From NCBI GenBank assembly GCA_001766815.1, contig LYOS01000005.1, positions 14,168 to 46,167 on the forward strand: a stretch of 32,000 nucleotides of DNA, read 5' to 3'. A program made the translations under genes and the position numbers. Source of the DNA: Candidatus Syntropharchaeum caldarium. GTDB taxonomy: Archaea > Halobacteriota > Syntropharchaeia > Syntropharchaeales > Syntropharchaeaceae. The notes under the pieces were generated by a model that saw only the letters and a list, made by a program, of their open reading frames with translations, made no database searches and had not been told where the DNA came from. This document shows, piece after piece, positions 13,278 through 22,924 of this stretch. Within the stretch, counting starts at the first letter, position 1; the number at the start of each line of letters is the position of its first letter.

Positions 13278-14321
13278 CTATTTTTTACCAAATTCTGCGG
13301 TTGCATCAACCATGGCTTTGATCTTCTCTGAAGGTGTCTGTATCCAGAAATCACATCCAGGAGCTACCATATCAATACCCTGATCGATTACTGCTTTCAC
13401 CTGCTCTTTTATTACTTCTATTGGAGCCTGGTGAATCACACTCTTGGGTGCCAGATTGCCGATGATTGGATATCCTGGAGTAACAGCGTCTGCAGAAGCC
13501 CTCACATTTGCGATTGAATCCTTCTCATCAACTGCAATTGCATTCGCACCGCATTCAACCATATCACCAATTATCGGTTCGGTCTTTCCACAGATGTTAA
13601 GAACAACCGGAACATCGATCTCTGCAATTATTTTCGTCAGATATGGCTTAACAAACTGTACAAACTGTTCTTGGGATATGTTATCACATGGTGCACCCAT
13701 GTCGTGGAGCGTTATCATATCAACACCCGCATCAACATATGCATTTGCAATCTCGATGAAAGGGGGTGTCAGTGTTTCCATGAATCGACCAACGAGATCA
13801 GGGTCTGACTTCATCGCCATCATGAACTTGATCGTATCCACAATATAACTGCTCAGTCCTGTAAATGGTGGTACCATAAAGACATTTACAGCCGCCTTGC
13901 CACCATACTCTTCCTTCAGTATCTTTATCGCCTTTGAGATCACTGGAACACGCTTTGTGTTCGCGATATCATCTGGTATGTAGATCATCTCAGGGGATTC
14001 CGCGACATGCCGTTTGGAACCAGGCCAGAGGTATCTTCCTTTTTTCGCCGCTTTCTCTCTGAAATCGATCGGTGTACCGAATACCTCTGCTTCCACTGTC
14101 ATATCAAAAGGAATCGTGATGTTGTCAAGACCACAGTATTTATGTGCCGCCGCACCGAGCCTTGCCATCTTTTCAGGGTCTTTGTGTGCATCCGGCCAGT
14201 ACGCGTCTTCCTTCTCCATAAACTCCACTGTTGCGGTGGATACTGTGTTGACACACGGTATCTGATCTACTTCGTCTTTTTTACCTTCCAGAACTGCTAT
14301 CACTCTCTCGTAAGAGTTCAT
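13278..14321 (-). CDS. MtaA/MtbA-like methyltransferase (uroporphyrinogen decarboxylase fold)
   Basis: 347 aa. ERVIAVLEGKKDEVDQIPCV...TVEFMEKEDAYWPDAHKDPEKMA...TVEAEVFG are typical MT2-family N-terminal motifs. Confidence 0.8.
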   Translation of the reverse strand: MNSYERVIAVLEGKKDEVDQIPCVNTVSTATVEFMEKEDAYWPDAHKDPEKMARLGAAAHKYCGLDNITIPFDMTVEAEVFGTPIDFREKAAKKGRYLWPGSKRHVAESPEMIYIPDDIANTKRVPVISKAIKILKEEYGGKAAVNVFMVPPFTGLSSYIVDTIKFMMAMKSDPDLVGRFMETLTPPFIEIANAYVDAGVDMITLHDMGAPCDNISQEQFVQFVKPYLTKIIAEIDVPVVLNICGKTEPIIGDMVECGANAIAVDEKDSIANVRASADAVTPGYPIIGNLAPKSVIHQAPIEVIKEQVKAVIDQGIDMVAPGCDFWIQTPSEKIKAMVDATAEFGKK

Positions 14322-14396
14322 CTAATCACCTGTGCACAAATCTTTATCAGCATATTTAAGCGTTTTGATTTGGGGTACTGTGAGGCTTTTTAAAAA

Positions 14397-14603
14397 CTAT
14401 TCTTGTTGGTATTTCTTAATTACACTGTATATAGATAGGATAAACCCAGTAATTGCACCGAGAAAGAGCCCGATAGCATGCCTCCCCTCAATAACCTCAC
14501 CCGGGCGCCAGCCTGCTATAAGTAACCCCAAAAAAGAAACAACTACGACAGAGGTGACAATCTCGAGTGCATATCCGAGTCCCTCTGCCGTGTATTTATT
14601 CAT
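14397..14603 (-). CDS. Small 2-TM membrane protein, AtpZ/ATPase-gene1-like
   Basis: 68 aa. GLGYALEIVTSVVVVSFLGLLIAG...GLFLGAITGFILSIYSV. ATGA overlap with the atpI stop. Confidence 0.4.
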   Translation of the reverse strand: MNKYTAEGLGYALEIVTSVVVVSFLGLLIAGWRPGEVIEGRHAIGLFLGAITGFILSIYSVIKKYQQE

Positions 14604-16687
14604 TCTTCTGTGTATACTCTCTCTACCTTGAGAGGCTGGTACGCAATCCCTGTTGCATCATAAAACTTTGTGAAGAACTCGTAAAAGTGCAACCTGATCG
14701 TCTGGATCGAGACAAGAAGCACTTCAAGCCCTATCACAACGATGTTACCTGCGATGATGATCAGTATGAACAGTATCGGACCGATCACACTGATATCAAC
14801 GAGCATGTATGCGATCAGGATCGTAAGTACCATAAGACAGACATGTGCGAGCGCCATCGCAAGTATCCTGCCGTAGGATATCGTGTTTGAGAGGAACTTC
14901 GAGAAGACATCAAGCGCCTCGATTATTCCACCAAGAAGCCATGAAACAGCGTCCATTGCGCCTCCAGAGACTCCACTCTTTTTTGATTCATGCCGAGCCT
15001 CGAGCACACCTTCGACAGAGACGATTGCAAGTGGTATCGCCATCCATATGTACAGGTCCGCTTTCATATAGAGATTGCCGTTGACAACAAGGTACATAAG
15101 CCAGTAGAAGAAACCTGAGTAGAACCAGAGACAGAGTACTGGATATAGAGGACTCCGTTTAGTCTTTATCCTGTTGATAATATCGAGTATGACGCCGAAT
15201 GTGAGGTGCAGACCACCAAATATGAGGGTTATCACGAAGAACGCAACAACACCACTCGTGATTCCAAAGATGATCGGACTGTGGGCCTCAAGGATCGGAT
15301 CAAACCAGAGTGGTTCCATCAACGGATGCACCTGCTCACCGATAAATGCCTCTGCCGCCTCGCCCCATCCAAAGATCTCACCAAATAGTGCACCTGTGAT
15401 CATCGATGCGATTCCGCATGGGATCATGATGAGTCCTAAATCTCGCATACTGGGTCCAATCCCCTTCATAAAGACGCCAACAAGCAGCCCCAGAAGCAAC
15501 ACAACAAAACCGTGTCCAACATCGGGGAACATGAAGGCAAAGAATATTGGGAAGATAACAGCCATCAAAAGGGTTGGATCAAATTCCCTGTAGTTTGGCA
15601 CCCCAAACATTTCCACCATCATCTCATAGGGCTTTGCAAACCTCGGGTTCTGTAGCTGTGTTGGTGGTAGTTCCTCATCTGTGGGCTCAGCTACATCGAT
15701 GATACAGTAACCTTCAGAAGCTTTTTTGATCGCACCTTCCGCATCAGCCACCCGTTTTGCCGGAATCCAGCCCTCAAGCACATTGACCATATCAGTGGAT
15801 CCAAAGTTGAGCTTTGACCTGAGTGTGCTATCCTCAATCTCAACCAGCTCACGCATCATGAGGAGTTCATCAAGTTTACTATCTCTGATCTCAACGAGTT
15901 CAGCCTGTAAGGATTTTACTTCGTTCTCAAGTGTCTCGATCGTGGGGGTGATCTTCTCCATCGCATCCTTTATCGCACCTGGAAGCTCAGGTGACGGGGC
16001 AAATTCCTCGAAATCAACGATCCTGAGGAACTTATAAATATCGTCACGCCGTTCAGCAAGGCTGGTTACGATTATCAGGCTCTCGGCTCCACCTTCCAGA
16101 TCCTCTCGAATCATGATGAACTCTTCGCCGATATTCTCATTAAGAAATGCTTCAACATCAGGTATATTCTGTGCTGGCAGAAGGCCTGCTATCGTTGAGG
16201 TGAATGTGAATGCACCGATATAGTCCGGATCAAGATTGAGCTTTTCAAGGACTTTCAAGATTCTATTTGTAAAATAAGCCGTTGATAACTCATCCTTGAC
16301 CGATTCGAGCCTGGAATTTATGTCAAGAACCCGCTTCTCAATCTCTCCAAAAGTACTTTCGATCGTTGCCGTGTGTCCTCCCAGCGGTTTATCCTCGACT
16401 TTCGTTCGCTGTATCTCTGTGCCTTTGAAGAGCCTGGAGATGATACCCTGCTCCTCTTTCTCCCCGAGATGTTCCAGAATTGTGTTTATCCGCGTAAATA
16501 GCTCAGATGTTCTGGCTATCGTCTCATCGTGTGTGTAAGGTGTGAGTAATCCTTCCCATCTCTCGAGATCTTCTGTTATATTTGTGAGATGGATCACACC
16601 CGCCTTTTCGAGGCTTTTCACAACCTCGTTTGTATATTCATCCAGGACGACAGCCTGTATTCGTTTCATTCTGGCAGGTTTTAACAA
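14600..16687 (-). CDS. atpI: A/V-type ATP synthase subunit I (a-subunit, proton channel)
   Basis: 695 aa. Begins MLKPARMKRIQ, with a long cytoplasmic coiled-coil domain, multiple TM helices and the conserved Arg context NTISYGRILAMALAH. TTG start preceded by ggagg. Confidence 0.9.
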   Translation of the reverse strand: MLKPARMKRIQAVVLDEYTNEVVKSLEKAGVIHLTNITEDLERWEGLLTPYTHDETIARTSELFTRINTILEHLGEKEEQGIISRLFKGTEIQRTKVEDKPLGGHTATIESTFGEIEKRVLDINSRLESVKDELSTAYFTNRILKVLEKLNLDPDYIGAFTFTSTIAGLLPAQNIPDVEAFLNENIGEEFIMIREDLEGGAESLIIVTSLAERRDDIYKFLRIVDFEEFAPSPELPGAIKDAMEKITPTIETLENEVKSLQAELVEIRDSKLDELLMMRELVEIEDSTLRSKLNFGSTDMVNVLEGWIPAKRVADAEGAIKKASEGYCIIDVAEPTDEELPPTQLQNPRFAKPYEMMVEMFGVPNYREFDPTLLMAVIFPIFFAFMFPDVGHGFVVLLLGLLVGVFMKGIGPSMRDLGLIMIPCGIASMITGALFGEIFGWGEAAEAFIGEQVHPLMEPLWFDPILEAHSPIIFGITSGVVAFFVITLIFGGLHLTFGVILDIINRIKTKRSPLYPVLCLWFYSGFFYWLMYLVVNGNLYMKADLYIWMAIPLAIVSVEGVLEARHESKKSGVSGGAMDAVSWLLGGIIEALDVFSKFLSNTISYGRILAMALAHVCLMVLTILIAYMLVDISVIGPILFILIIIAGNIVVIGLEVLLVSIQTIRLHFYEFFTKFYDATGIAYQPLKVERVYTEE

Positions 16688-16750
16688 TGAAATTCCTCCG
16701 AATTACCCATAGGTATATCTGATACTCAAACTGCTCATTCTTTCTGCTTC

Positions 16751-16760
16751 TATAATAAAA
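16751..16760 (-). promoter_or_regulatory. TATA-like box (minus strand ttttattata) upstream of atpI
   Basis: About 70 nt upstream of the atpI start, consistent with a roughly 40-nt leader carrying the ggagg SD. Confidence 0.3.
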
Positions 16761-16917
16761 ACTTTTCTTTTTTAAAAGGTGCACATAACCCACACATATT
16801 TATTTATCCATCATCTGAGTAAATAGAGTTAGCTTATGCAGGCAGTAAGTGATCAGATGGATGATTGCACGAACGAACCACCAGATAGGCTTGAATGGAT
16901 AGAGCGAGGTGTAAGCG

Positions 16918-18165
16918 ATGGTAGCACGAAGAATCTGGTTAAAAAGAGAACTATTCAGCCGTGCTTCTACGTTTACACTGGAATTTTCAGATCTCATCAG
17001 ATTTGGATCTCTTGGACTTCTTATATGTATCATCGGAGATCTTATAGCCGGTATTGAGCTTGGATCACTCGGTAATTTTTTGGAACTTATCCCTGGGCTT
17101 ATCATACTGGTTCCGCCTGCGATGGGTATGCGAGGCAACGTCTATGGTGCACTTGCATCCCGCCTCGGCACATCGATGCAGACAGGGACATTCACCCCAT
17201 CACTCCAGCGAGATTCACTTCTATCGAGAAATGTCATTGCATCGTGTCTTCTGACGATTTTTGTCTCTGTTATACTTGGTATCGTTGCAAAGCTGGTATC
17301 CCTGACATTTGGTCTTGCGAACATTCCACTAAGTGGTTTCATACTCATCTCGTTTTTAGCTGGTATAATATCAGCGAGCATCCTCATTCCTATTGTTATA
17401 ATAATCTCGAAGGTAGGCTATTTTGGAGGATGGGACATAGATAATTTCTCGGCACCTGTTATAACAGCTACTGGGGACATTATAACAATTCCGTCTCTCT
17501 ACATCGCTGCAATAGTTATGATAAGAATCTCAGCAATCTCTGATATGATTCTCAACTGGCTTGCAGTGCTGGTAGTTTTAATCGCATTCCTTTTATTTAT
17601 ATTCGGAATTAAGGAGAAAGGTATTACAGGGCAGATATTCAGGGAAAGCATCCCCATATTGGTATTCACATCATTTGTGGGCGCGTTTGGAGGGTTTATA
17701 ATTGATACGAGGCTTGAATCACTCATTGATATTGCAGCAATCCTCGTTCTGATTCCACCGTTTCTGGGGGTTAATAATGCACTCGGTGGCATTCTATCCG
17801 CAAGACTATCCTCGATGTTACACTTAGGTGTCATCTATCCATCCAAATTTCCAGAAAGAGCGGCAAGAAGAAATTTCACCGCGATGTATCTCTTTGCAAT
17901 CGTGGTCTTTCCCCTTGTTGGGGTATCATCTCATCTATTGAGTGAAATGCTGGGGTTTGCATCACCAGGTGCGGTTCAGATGATCATGATGAGTTTTATT
18001 GCGGGGCTTGCATCAACGACGATGGTAAATATAATCGCCTATCTCGTCGCCAGCGGAACGTTTAAACTTGGTGCTGATCCAGATATCCACTCAATCCCGG
18101 TAACATCAAGCATGATGGATCTCTTTGGGATCTTCTCACTTATGCTCACGCTCGCACTCTTCTGA
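16918..18165 (+). CDS. Divalent-cation (Mg2+) transporter with tandem MgtE-type membrane domains
   Basis: 415 aa, polytopic. The MgtE/SLC41-like motif is repeated: PGLIILVPPAMGMRGNVYGALASRL and ILVLIPPFLGVNNALGGILSARL. Confidence 0.75.
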   Translation: MVARRIWLKRELFSRASTFTLEFSDLIRFGSLGLLICIIGDLIAGIELGSLGNFLELIPGLIILVPPAMGMRGNVYGALASRLGTSMQTGTFTPSLQRDSLLSRNVIASCLLTIFVSVILGIVAKLVSLTFGLANIPLSGFILISFLAGIISASILIPIVIIISKVGYFGGWDIDNFSAPVITATGDIITIPSLYIAAIVMIRISAISDMILNWLAVLVVLIAFLLFIFGIKEKGITGQIFRESIPILVFTSFVGAFGGFIIDTRLESLIDIAAILVLIPPFLGVNNALGGILSARLSSMLHLGVIYPSKFPERAARRNFTAMYLFAIVVFPLVGVSSHLLSEMLGFASPGAVQMIMMSFIAGLASTTMVNIIAYLVASGTFKLGADPDIHSIPVTSSMMDLFGIFSLMLTLALF

Positions 18166-18715
18166 TTCTGTATCCTCCTGCAATAAGCGCGGCAACCGAT
18201 GCCTTGAAAATATCACCTGCGATAAATGGGAGAGCCCCGAGAACAATCGCCTCTCTGATCCCAACGCCGAGAACGAGTGAGAGGTGTATGACGCCAGATG
18301 TATAGATCACACCAACACCTGTGAGCATCAGGAAAAAAAGAAGCGTAAAACGCCTCAAGATCGCTGGATATGATTCAACCACGCTTCCAATCAAGAATGC
18401 TGCAAGGATAAAACCAAGAAGGTAGCCTCCTGTAACACCACTCAGTACAGAGACGCCACCGCTCATGTTGCTAAACCACGGCACGCCAGCCGCTCCAGCC
18501 CCCACATAGATCAACTGGCTCAATCCGCCGTACTTTCCGATCATAACTCCACATAAAAGGACAAATATCACCTGTGCGGTTATTGGAACAGGTGTGAAAG
18601 GTAAAGGTATTCTAATCTGTGCTGCAAGCCCTGTAAGTCCTGCAAATAAGAACGCCAGTGCAACTTTATTTATGTTGAAATATTCATCACTTACTTTTAC
18701 GCCGCATATCTCCAT
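18146..18715 (-). CDS. bioY: Biotin transporter BioY
   Basis: PFTPVPITAQVIFVLLCGVMIGKYGG is the BioY signature. The start is placed at the ATG at 18715 (MEICGV...) to avoid overlapping the NFACT gene; the track ORF extends to 18841. Confidence 0.85.
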   Translation of the reverse strand: MEICGVKVSDEYFNINKVALAFLFAGLTGLAAQIRIPLPFTPVPITAQVIFVLLCGVMIGKYGGLSQLIYVGAGAAGVPWFSNMSGGVSVLSGVTGGYLLGFILAAFLIGSVVESYPAILRRFTLLFFLMLTGVGVIYTSGVIHLSLVLGVGIREAIVLGALPFIAGDIFKASVAALIAGGYRIRRVRA

Positions 18716-18749
18716 CACACTCACCAGAGAGAGATTGACTGGAGAGCTA

Positions 18750-20798
18750 TTAAACTTTTTGTCTCGATTGCCGCCCAGGTTCTTCAAGTATTTGCGATCC
18801 TCCGGGTGGAAGAATATGGGCGATCTTTGAAGCAGATGCAATCTCTTTCACAACTCTTTTATCCTCTAAATCTGCCATATCCATAAATCTGGAAGCAATA
18901 TCTCGGGCGATCTCGTTATGTCCGCGTTTGCCGGGTGTTATCGTGACAATGTACTTACACCAGGTCTTTATCGAGGATGTAGGTCCTGCAAGAAGAAGTG
19001 TCTCATCTGCAATTTCGATCCCGATGCTGCACGAAAGTGGCGTGTTCTTATAGTAATTCCGCTCTCCTCTGATGACAAATGAACCTGTTGGAAGGTATTC
19101 GCCATGTTCAGGAGTTTTTGAGACCTGATCATGTTCTACCCAGTAACAATCCCCTGCTGCAAACCCATCCTTCCATAGATTTGAAAATGAAACCGCAAAC
19201 TGAGCTGCTTCAAACAGATCCTGCTCTGATGGCTCGTTTTCATTAAGCTTCAGAATAACAACAGGTGCACCAGGGTATGCTGTGTGGAAGAATCGATCAC
19301 CCTTCTCAAGGTACTTTCTAACCAGATCCTCGTTTGTCCCCGCATCCCTGCCGCCCACCACGAGGAGTCCTCCCGATGTTCTGAACCATCTGAAACGGTT
19401 GTACCAGTGTTCTTTCTGTCGAACCCGTCGTTGTGGAATTCTGGTATCTATCATAGATTCTGCACCCGCGTCTTCCTCTGCTTGCTGCGCCTTCTCAAAA
19501 CGAAGACGTGTCATTTCAAGTGCCTCCGTGGCACCCCTGCGTTTTGAACGAAATACCTTCGAACGGTCGTAATACGCTGCCGCGTTCTGCTCAGGTGTCA
19601 GCCTGATATCGAGTTCAAGTTCAAGACCATCGAGATCGAGCGTAACCGTCTTTTTTGATCCATCAAGTGATTTTATAGCTGTAACAGACTCGATTTTAGC
19701 TCCTCTGTTGGATTCAATGATCCTTTCGATCTCCTGCCACGAATATCCCTTATCAATTGCCGACCTGATCGCTGAAAGTATCTCATCGATGATCTGATAA
19801 TTTGCATAGATCGCCTCCCCTTTTCGCTTACAGAGTGATTCCTCTTGCTCAAATTTGGTGATTGCATCCTCCTGCTGCTTCAATATACGCTCAATTCGGC
19901 TTAACTTTTTGCTTACAACTCTTTTTTCAGATTCAAATCCTTCTGTAAGTCCTCGTGTGCTGTAATAGGCATCAAGCGCTGCATTGAAGCTCTCGAACTC
20001 CTCTTTTTCGAACGTATCACTGCTGTATGTCCTGAGCTCGACAGGTACAACATCCAGGAGTTCTCCATTCTTTTTTATAATCTGAGGCTTGAGATCACCA
20101 CGTTTTATCGGATCAAAGATCTCGTGGATTGTATCAAAGATCAGAGAGGATGTTTCCCATGATATGCTCGATGCATCCATGCTCTTGTCCACCTCACACC
20201 TCAGAAAGACCTCTTCGGCATAAAGGCTCCCGATCTTGAGTTCCACAGCGATTGTCCTCACAAGATCGCGCTTTGATCGTTTGAAAAGCTCAAAAAGCTC
20301 CTCTTTATTCATTGTAAGTGGATTTGTACCAGCCGTGGGGTATGTGTATAATTCCCCACGCTTTATGGTACGATCCCTGAACCGCATCTGCCTTAACGGG
20401 AGCAAGATTCTGTAATCACTATCGAGAAGCATCAGATTGCCTGGATCGAAGAGTTCTGCAAGGAGTATAAATCGACCGTCACGCCTTTCAAGCTCAAGTT
20501 CCACAATCCGATCGAAGTTGTGCTGGCTTACTCTGGTGATTCGCGCACCTTTTGTATATTTGCGCAGAAACATTGGAAAACTCGGGGGTAACATCGGGCT
20601 TTCGGGTGGGTAATCGGTTAGATAAATTCTGCCTTCAGTTGCGATTATCAAATCCCTGTAACCTTCTCCCTGAGTCCTTAGTTTAATTCTTATCGTATCA
20701 CGTGCATGCTGGTAGCTCTTATCGATTCTTGCACCTATGAGCGCTTTGAGTTCAAGAACTACTGCCGCTATATCAGGATTCGACATCGCCACTTTCAT
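18750..20798 (-). CDS. NFACT-family (Rqc2/FbpA-like) ribosome quality-control protein
   Basis: 682 aa. NFACT-N start MSNPDIAAVVLELKALIGARIDKSYQ, a central coiled coil, and NFACT-R/DUF814 (FRTSGGLLVVGGRDAGTNE). Confidence 0.9.
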   Translation of the reverse strand: MKVAMSNPDIAAVVLELKALIGARIDKSYQHARDTIRIKLRTQGEGYRDLIIATEGRIYLTDYPPESPMLPPSFPMFLRKYTKGARITRVSQHNFDRIVELELERRDGRFILLAELFDPGNLMLLDSDYRILLPLRQMRFRDRTIKRGELYTYPTAGTNPLTMNKEELFELFKRSKRDLVRTIAVELKIGSLYAEEVFLRCEVDKSMDASSISWETSSLIFDTIHEIFDPIKRGDLKPQIIKKNGELLDVVPVELRTYSSDTFEKEEFESFNAALDAYYSTRGLTEGFESEKRVVSKKLSRIERILKQQEDAITKFEQEESLCKRKGEAIYANYQIIDEILSAIRSAIDKGYSWQEIERIIESNRGAKIESVTAIKSLDGSKKTVTLDLDGLELELDIRLTPEQNAAAYYDRSKVFRSKRRGATEALEMTRLRFEKAQQAEEDAGAESMIDTRIPQRRVRQKEHWYNRFRWFRTSGGLLVVGGRDAGTNEDLVRKYLEKGDRFFHTAYPGAPVVILKLNENEPSEQDLFEAAQFAVSFSNLWKDGFAAGDCYWVEHDQVSKTPEHGEYLPTGSFVIRGERNYYKNTPLSCSIGIEIADETLLLAGPTSSIKTWCKYIVTITPGKRGHNEIARDIASRFMDMADLEDKRVVKEIASASKIAHILPPGGSQILEEPGRQSRQKV

Positions 20799-20927
20799 CG
20801 TAGAGACCTTTTACTCCCTGGGTATTTTAGGGTTATGGTAAGCTGAATCTCATCTACAACGCTGAATCGTGCGATAAAAGATAAAAATAGGTTAGATCGG
20901 GGCTGCCGATCCACCTGCCATTCAAAT

Positions 20928-21105
20928 TTACGGATTAAACGCAAGCAGTGTCGCACCGAGCTTTTTTTCAAGATCCTGGATCTTCTCAAGCTCTTTTTCA
21001 TCGAGGTCTGCGTAGCGGGTATATGCAACAAGCACCACGCCGAGTTCTTTCTCAAGTTCCTGCACTGCTGCGATCTCTTCCGGAGTCAGCTCTTTCACCT
21101 GCATA
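20928..21105 (-). pseudogene. Small internal-repeat ORF split by a 1-nt frameshift
   Basis: The ATG at 21105 gives MQVKELTPEEIAAVQ and then stops. The next frame continues ELEKELGVVLVAYTRYADLDEKELEKIQDLEKKLGATLLAFNP*. The two halves are clear repeats, and the shift is at a GGG run (21058-21062). Confidence 0.45.
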
Positions 21106-21161
21106 ATAGATATGTTGATTCCATACTACTTAAATTTTATGGACAAGTAATTCAATTTACT

Positions 21162-21974
21162 TTATATCAATTTATTGTTCCTCATCCCATCCATGACTCC
21201 TTTCAAAACAGCGTAATGTTCAAAACGCTCAGAAAGTGCACTCACCATACGATCGCATACGTATCGATCAACCTCGAACTTCAGGTCCCTGTAAGAGACA
21301 CCTCTGAGGATAAGTCCATAGGCTGGTGCAGGTGCGATTGTGCTGGTTTTGGAGTTTAAAAGCCCTTCAAGCCAGTCAGAATCCTTCTCTCCACTTCCAA
21401 CAAGCGCAAGTGCAGCCACAATCCTTCTCACCATCTGCCAGAGAAATGCATCTGCTGATATATCAAAGATTATGAGATCGTTCTGCATCTTTAAATCAAT
21501 CTTATGCACATCCCTTATCGTTGTGAGCTCATCTCCCCGCTTTGAAAACGATGCAAAATCATGCCTGCCAATCAAAATTTTTGATGCTTCTTTCATACGT
21601 TCGATCTCGAGTGAACCGGCATAGAGAATATATCGATACTCCCTGCTGAGTGCATCCCTTCTCGGGTCAAAGGACGAATCGACTTCAGACCTCGCCCAGA
21701 CCCATATATCTTCAGGAAGGAATGTATTGATGATTCTTGGGACCGCGAGCCGATAATTATCTGTATCAAAAGCTACAACCTGGCCGAATGCATGAACTCC
21801 CCTGTCTGTCCTGCCTGCGGATATAAATCGTGAAGCTCTACGATCGGAAATTACACCGGATGACTCCAGTCCCTCGCAGAGTTTGCCCTCAACTGTTGGA
21901 AGGTCTGGCTGGATCTGGAAGCCGTGATATGCTGAGCCAATGTATCCCACCTTCAGGGCAAGACGCACCATCAC
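21162..21974 (-). CDS. truA: tRNA pseudouridine(38-40) synthase
   Basis: 270 aa with KVGYIGSAYHGFQIQP and GRTDRGVHA (catalytic Asp). Confidence 0.9.
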   Translation of the reverse strand: MMVRLALKVGYIGSAYHGFQIQPDLPTVEGKLCEGLESSGVISDRRASRFISAGRTDRGVHAFGQVVAFDTDNYRLAVPRIINTFLPEDIWVWARSEVDSSFDPRRDALSREYRYILYAGSLEIERMKEASKILIGRHDFASFSKRGDELTTIRDVHKIDLKMQNDLIIFDISADAFLWQMVRRIVAALALVGSGEKDSDWLEGLLNSKTSTIAPAPAYGLILRGVSYRDLKFEVDRYVCDRMVSALSERFEHYAVLKGVMDGMRNNKLI

Positions 21975-22924
21975 CTCTCCCTCAGATCAAGTAGCTTCTT
22001 AAATTCATCTGGATTGAGGAGTGTAACCTGCTCCATATCATCCACGAGTCTTGGACATGCAGTATTGATATACACATCCATTCCCAGATTTATGAGTGCA
22101 TCCTCTGTGACCTCATCGAGTAGAATGAGATGTGCCTCGATCTTATGATCTGCTGCAGCTTTCAGGATCTTATCCGCAAGCTCTTTGTTGTATTGTCCGC
22201 TCTTGGCCGAGAGAATAACTCCAAAAACATCTGCATCGATCGCCCCCGCAAGTATCGCCCACCGCCTCCTGATCAGACTTTCAGGATCTATCACCTCGAC
22301 CCTCTCTGTATATGGATCTGCTGCAACGACCTTTTTTTTACAGATGAGAGCGATCCCCCCCGGATGAAACAATCCCGTCCCGATAAAAAGCACCTCATCG
22401 CAGCGAGGATCAACGGCTGATGCGTTACATCCAAGAACCTGTCCTGGATAGTTTATTCCATCTCCAGAACCCATCCTTATCATAATTTCTTTTTTAGCGC
22501 GTTCAAGGATCGTCTTAGCTCTATCAAGTTGATCTATATGCTGGATCGTTGTGACAACAGCTATTTTGTCGCCTTCAAGATATTCAATCGCAGATTCAAT
22601 AGCAGGTGAGACATCGAGAGTGGATCGCACCTCGACAAAGATGAGATTCTCGCGGTCGCTGCCAGAATGCCCGAAGTGAAAGAGGAGATCAACCATCCCC
22701 AGAAGTTCTGTATCGATGTCACATGAACCATAACATCCTTTTCCAGCGATTATAACAGGAATATTACACTGATTTTGTATTTCCTTTGATATCAGTCGTC
22801 CCTGTCTCATAAGTCCAGCTGGAAGCTGCAGTCCTACGGATCTAACCCCCCGTCTCCTGATAATATTTATAATCCCTTCGATATCTATCCTGAACTCAGT
22901 CTTTTGTTGCATCTTCAAGATCAC
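21971..22924 (-). CDS. dph2: Diphthamide synthesis protein Dph2 (2-(3-amino-3-carboxypropyl)histidine synthase)
   Basis: 317 aa. VGLQLPAGL start and the conserved Cys positions of archaeal Dph2. Overlaps truA by 4 nt. Confidence 0.85.
   Translation of the reverse strand: MILKMQQKTEFRIDIEGIINIIRRRGVRSVGLQLPAGLMRQGRLISKEIQNQCNIPVIIAGKGCYGSCDIDTELLGMVDLLFHFGHSGSDRENLIFVEVRSTLDVSPAIESAIEYLEGDKIAVVTTIQHIDQLDRAKTILERAKKEIMIRMGSGDGINYPGQVLGCNASAVDPRCDEVLFIGTGLFHPGGIALICKKKVVAADPYTERVEVIDPESLIRRRWAILAGAIDADVFGVILSAKSGQYNKELADKILKAAADHKIEAHLILLDEVTEDALINLGMDVYINTACPRLVDDMEQVTLLNPDEFKKLLDLRER

Noticed and set aside
16800-17138. 112-aa minus-strand ORF and 73-aa plus-strand ORF in the atpI/MgtE-like intergenic region
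   Set aside because: They overlap the N-terminus of the MgtE-like transporter or the divergent promoter region. They show no motifs and an atypical composition.
18716-18841. N-terminal 42-codon extension of the BioY ORF
   Set aside because: The extension overlaps the 3' end of the NFACT gene and is hydrophilic junk. The internal ATG at 18715 gives a typical BioY N-terminus.
20795-21055. 86-aa ORF from the track
   Set aside because: It has a TTG start and an Arg/Ser-rich nonsense translation. The same DNA in another frame encodes the convincing internal-repeat micro-protein.
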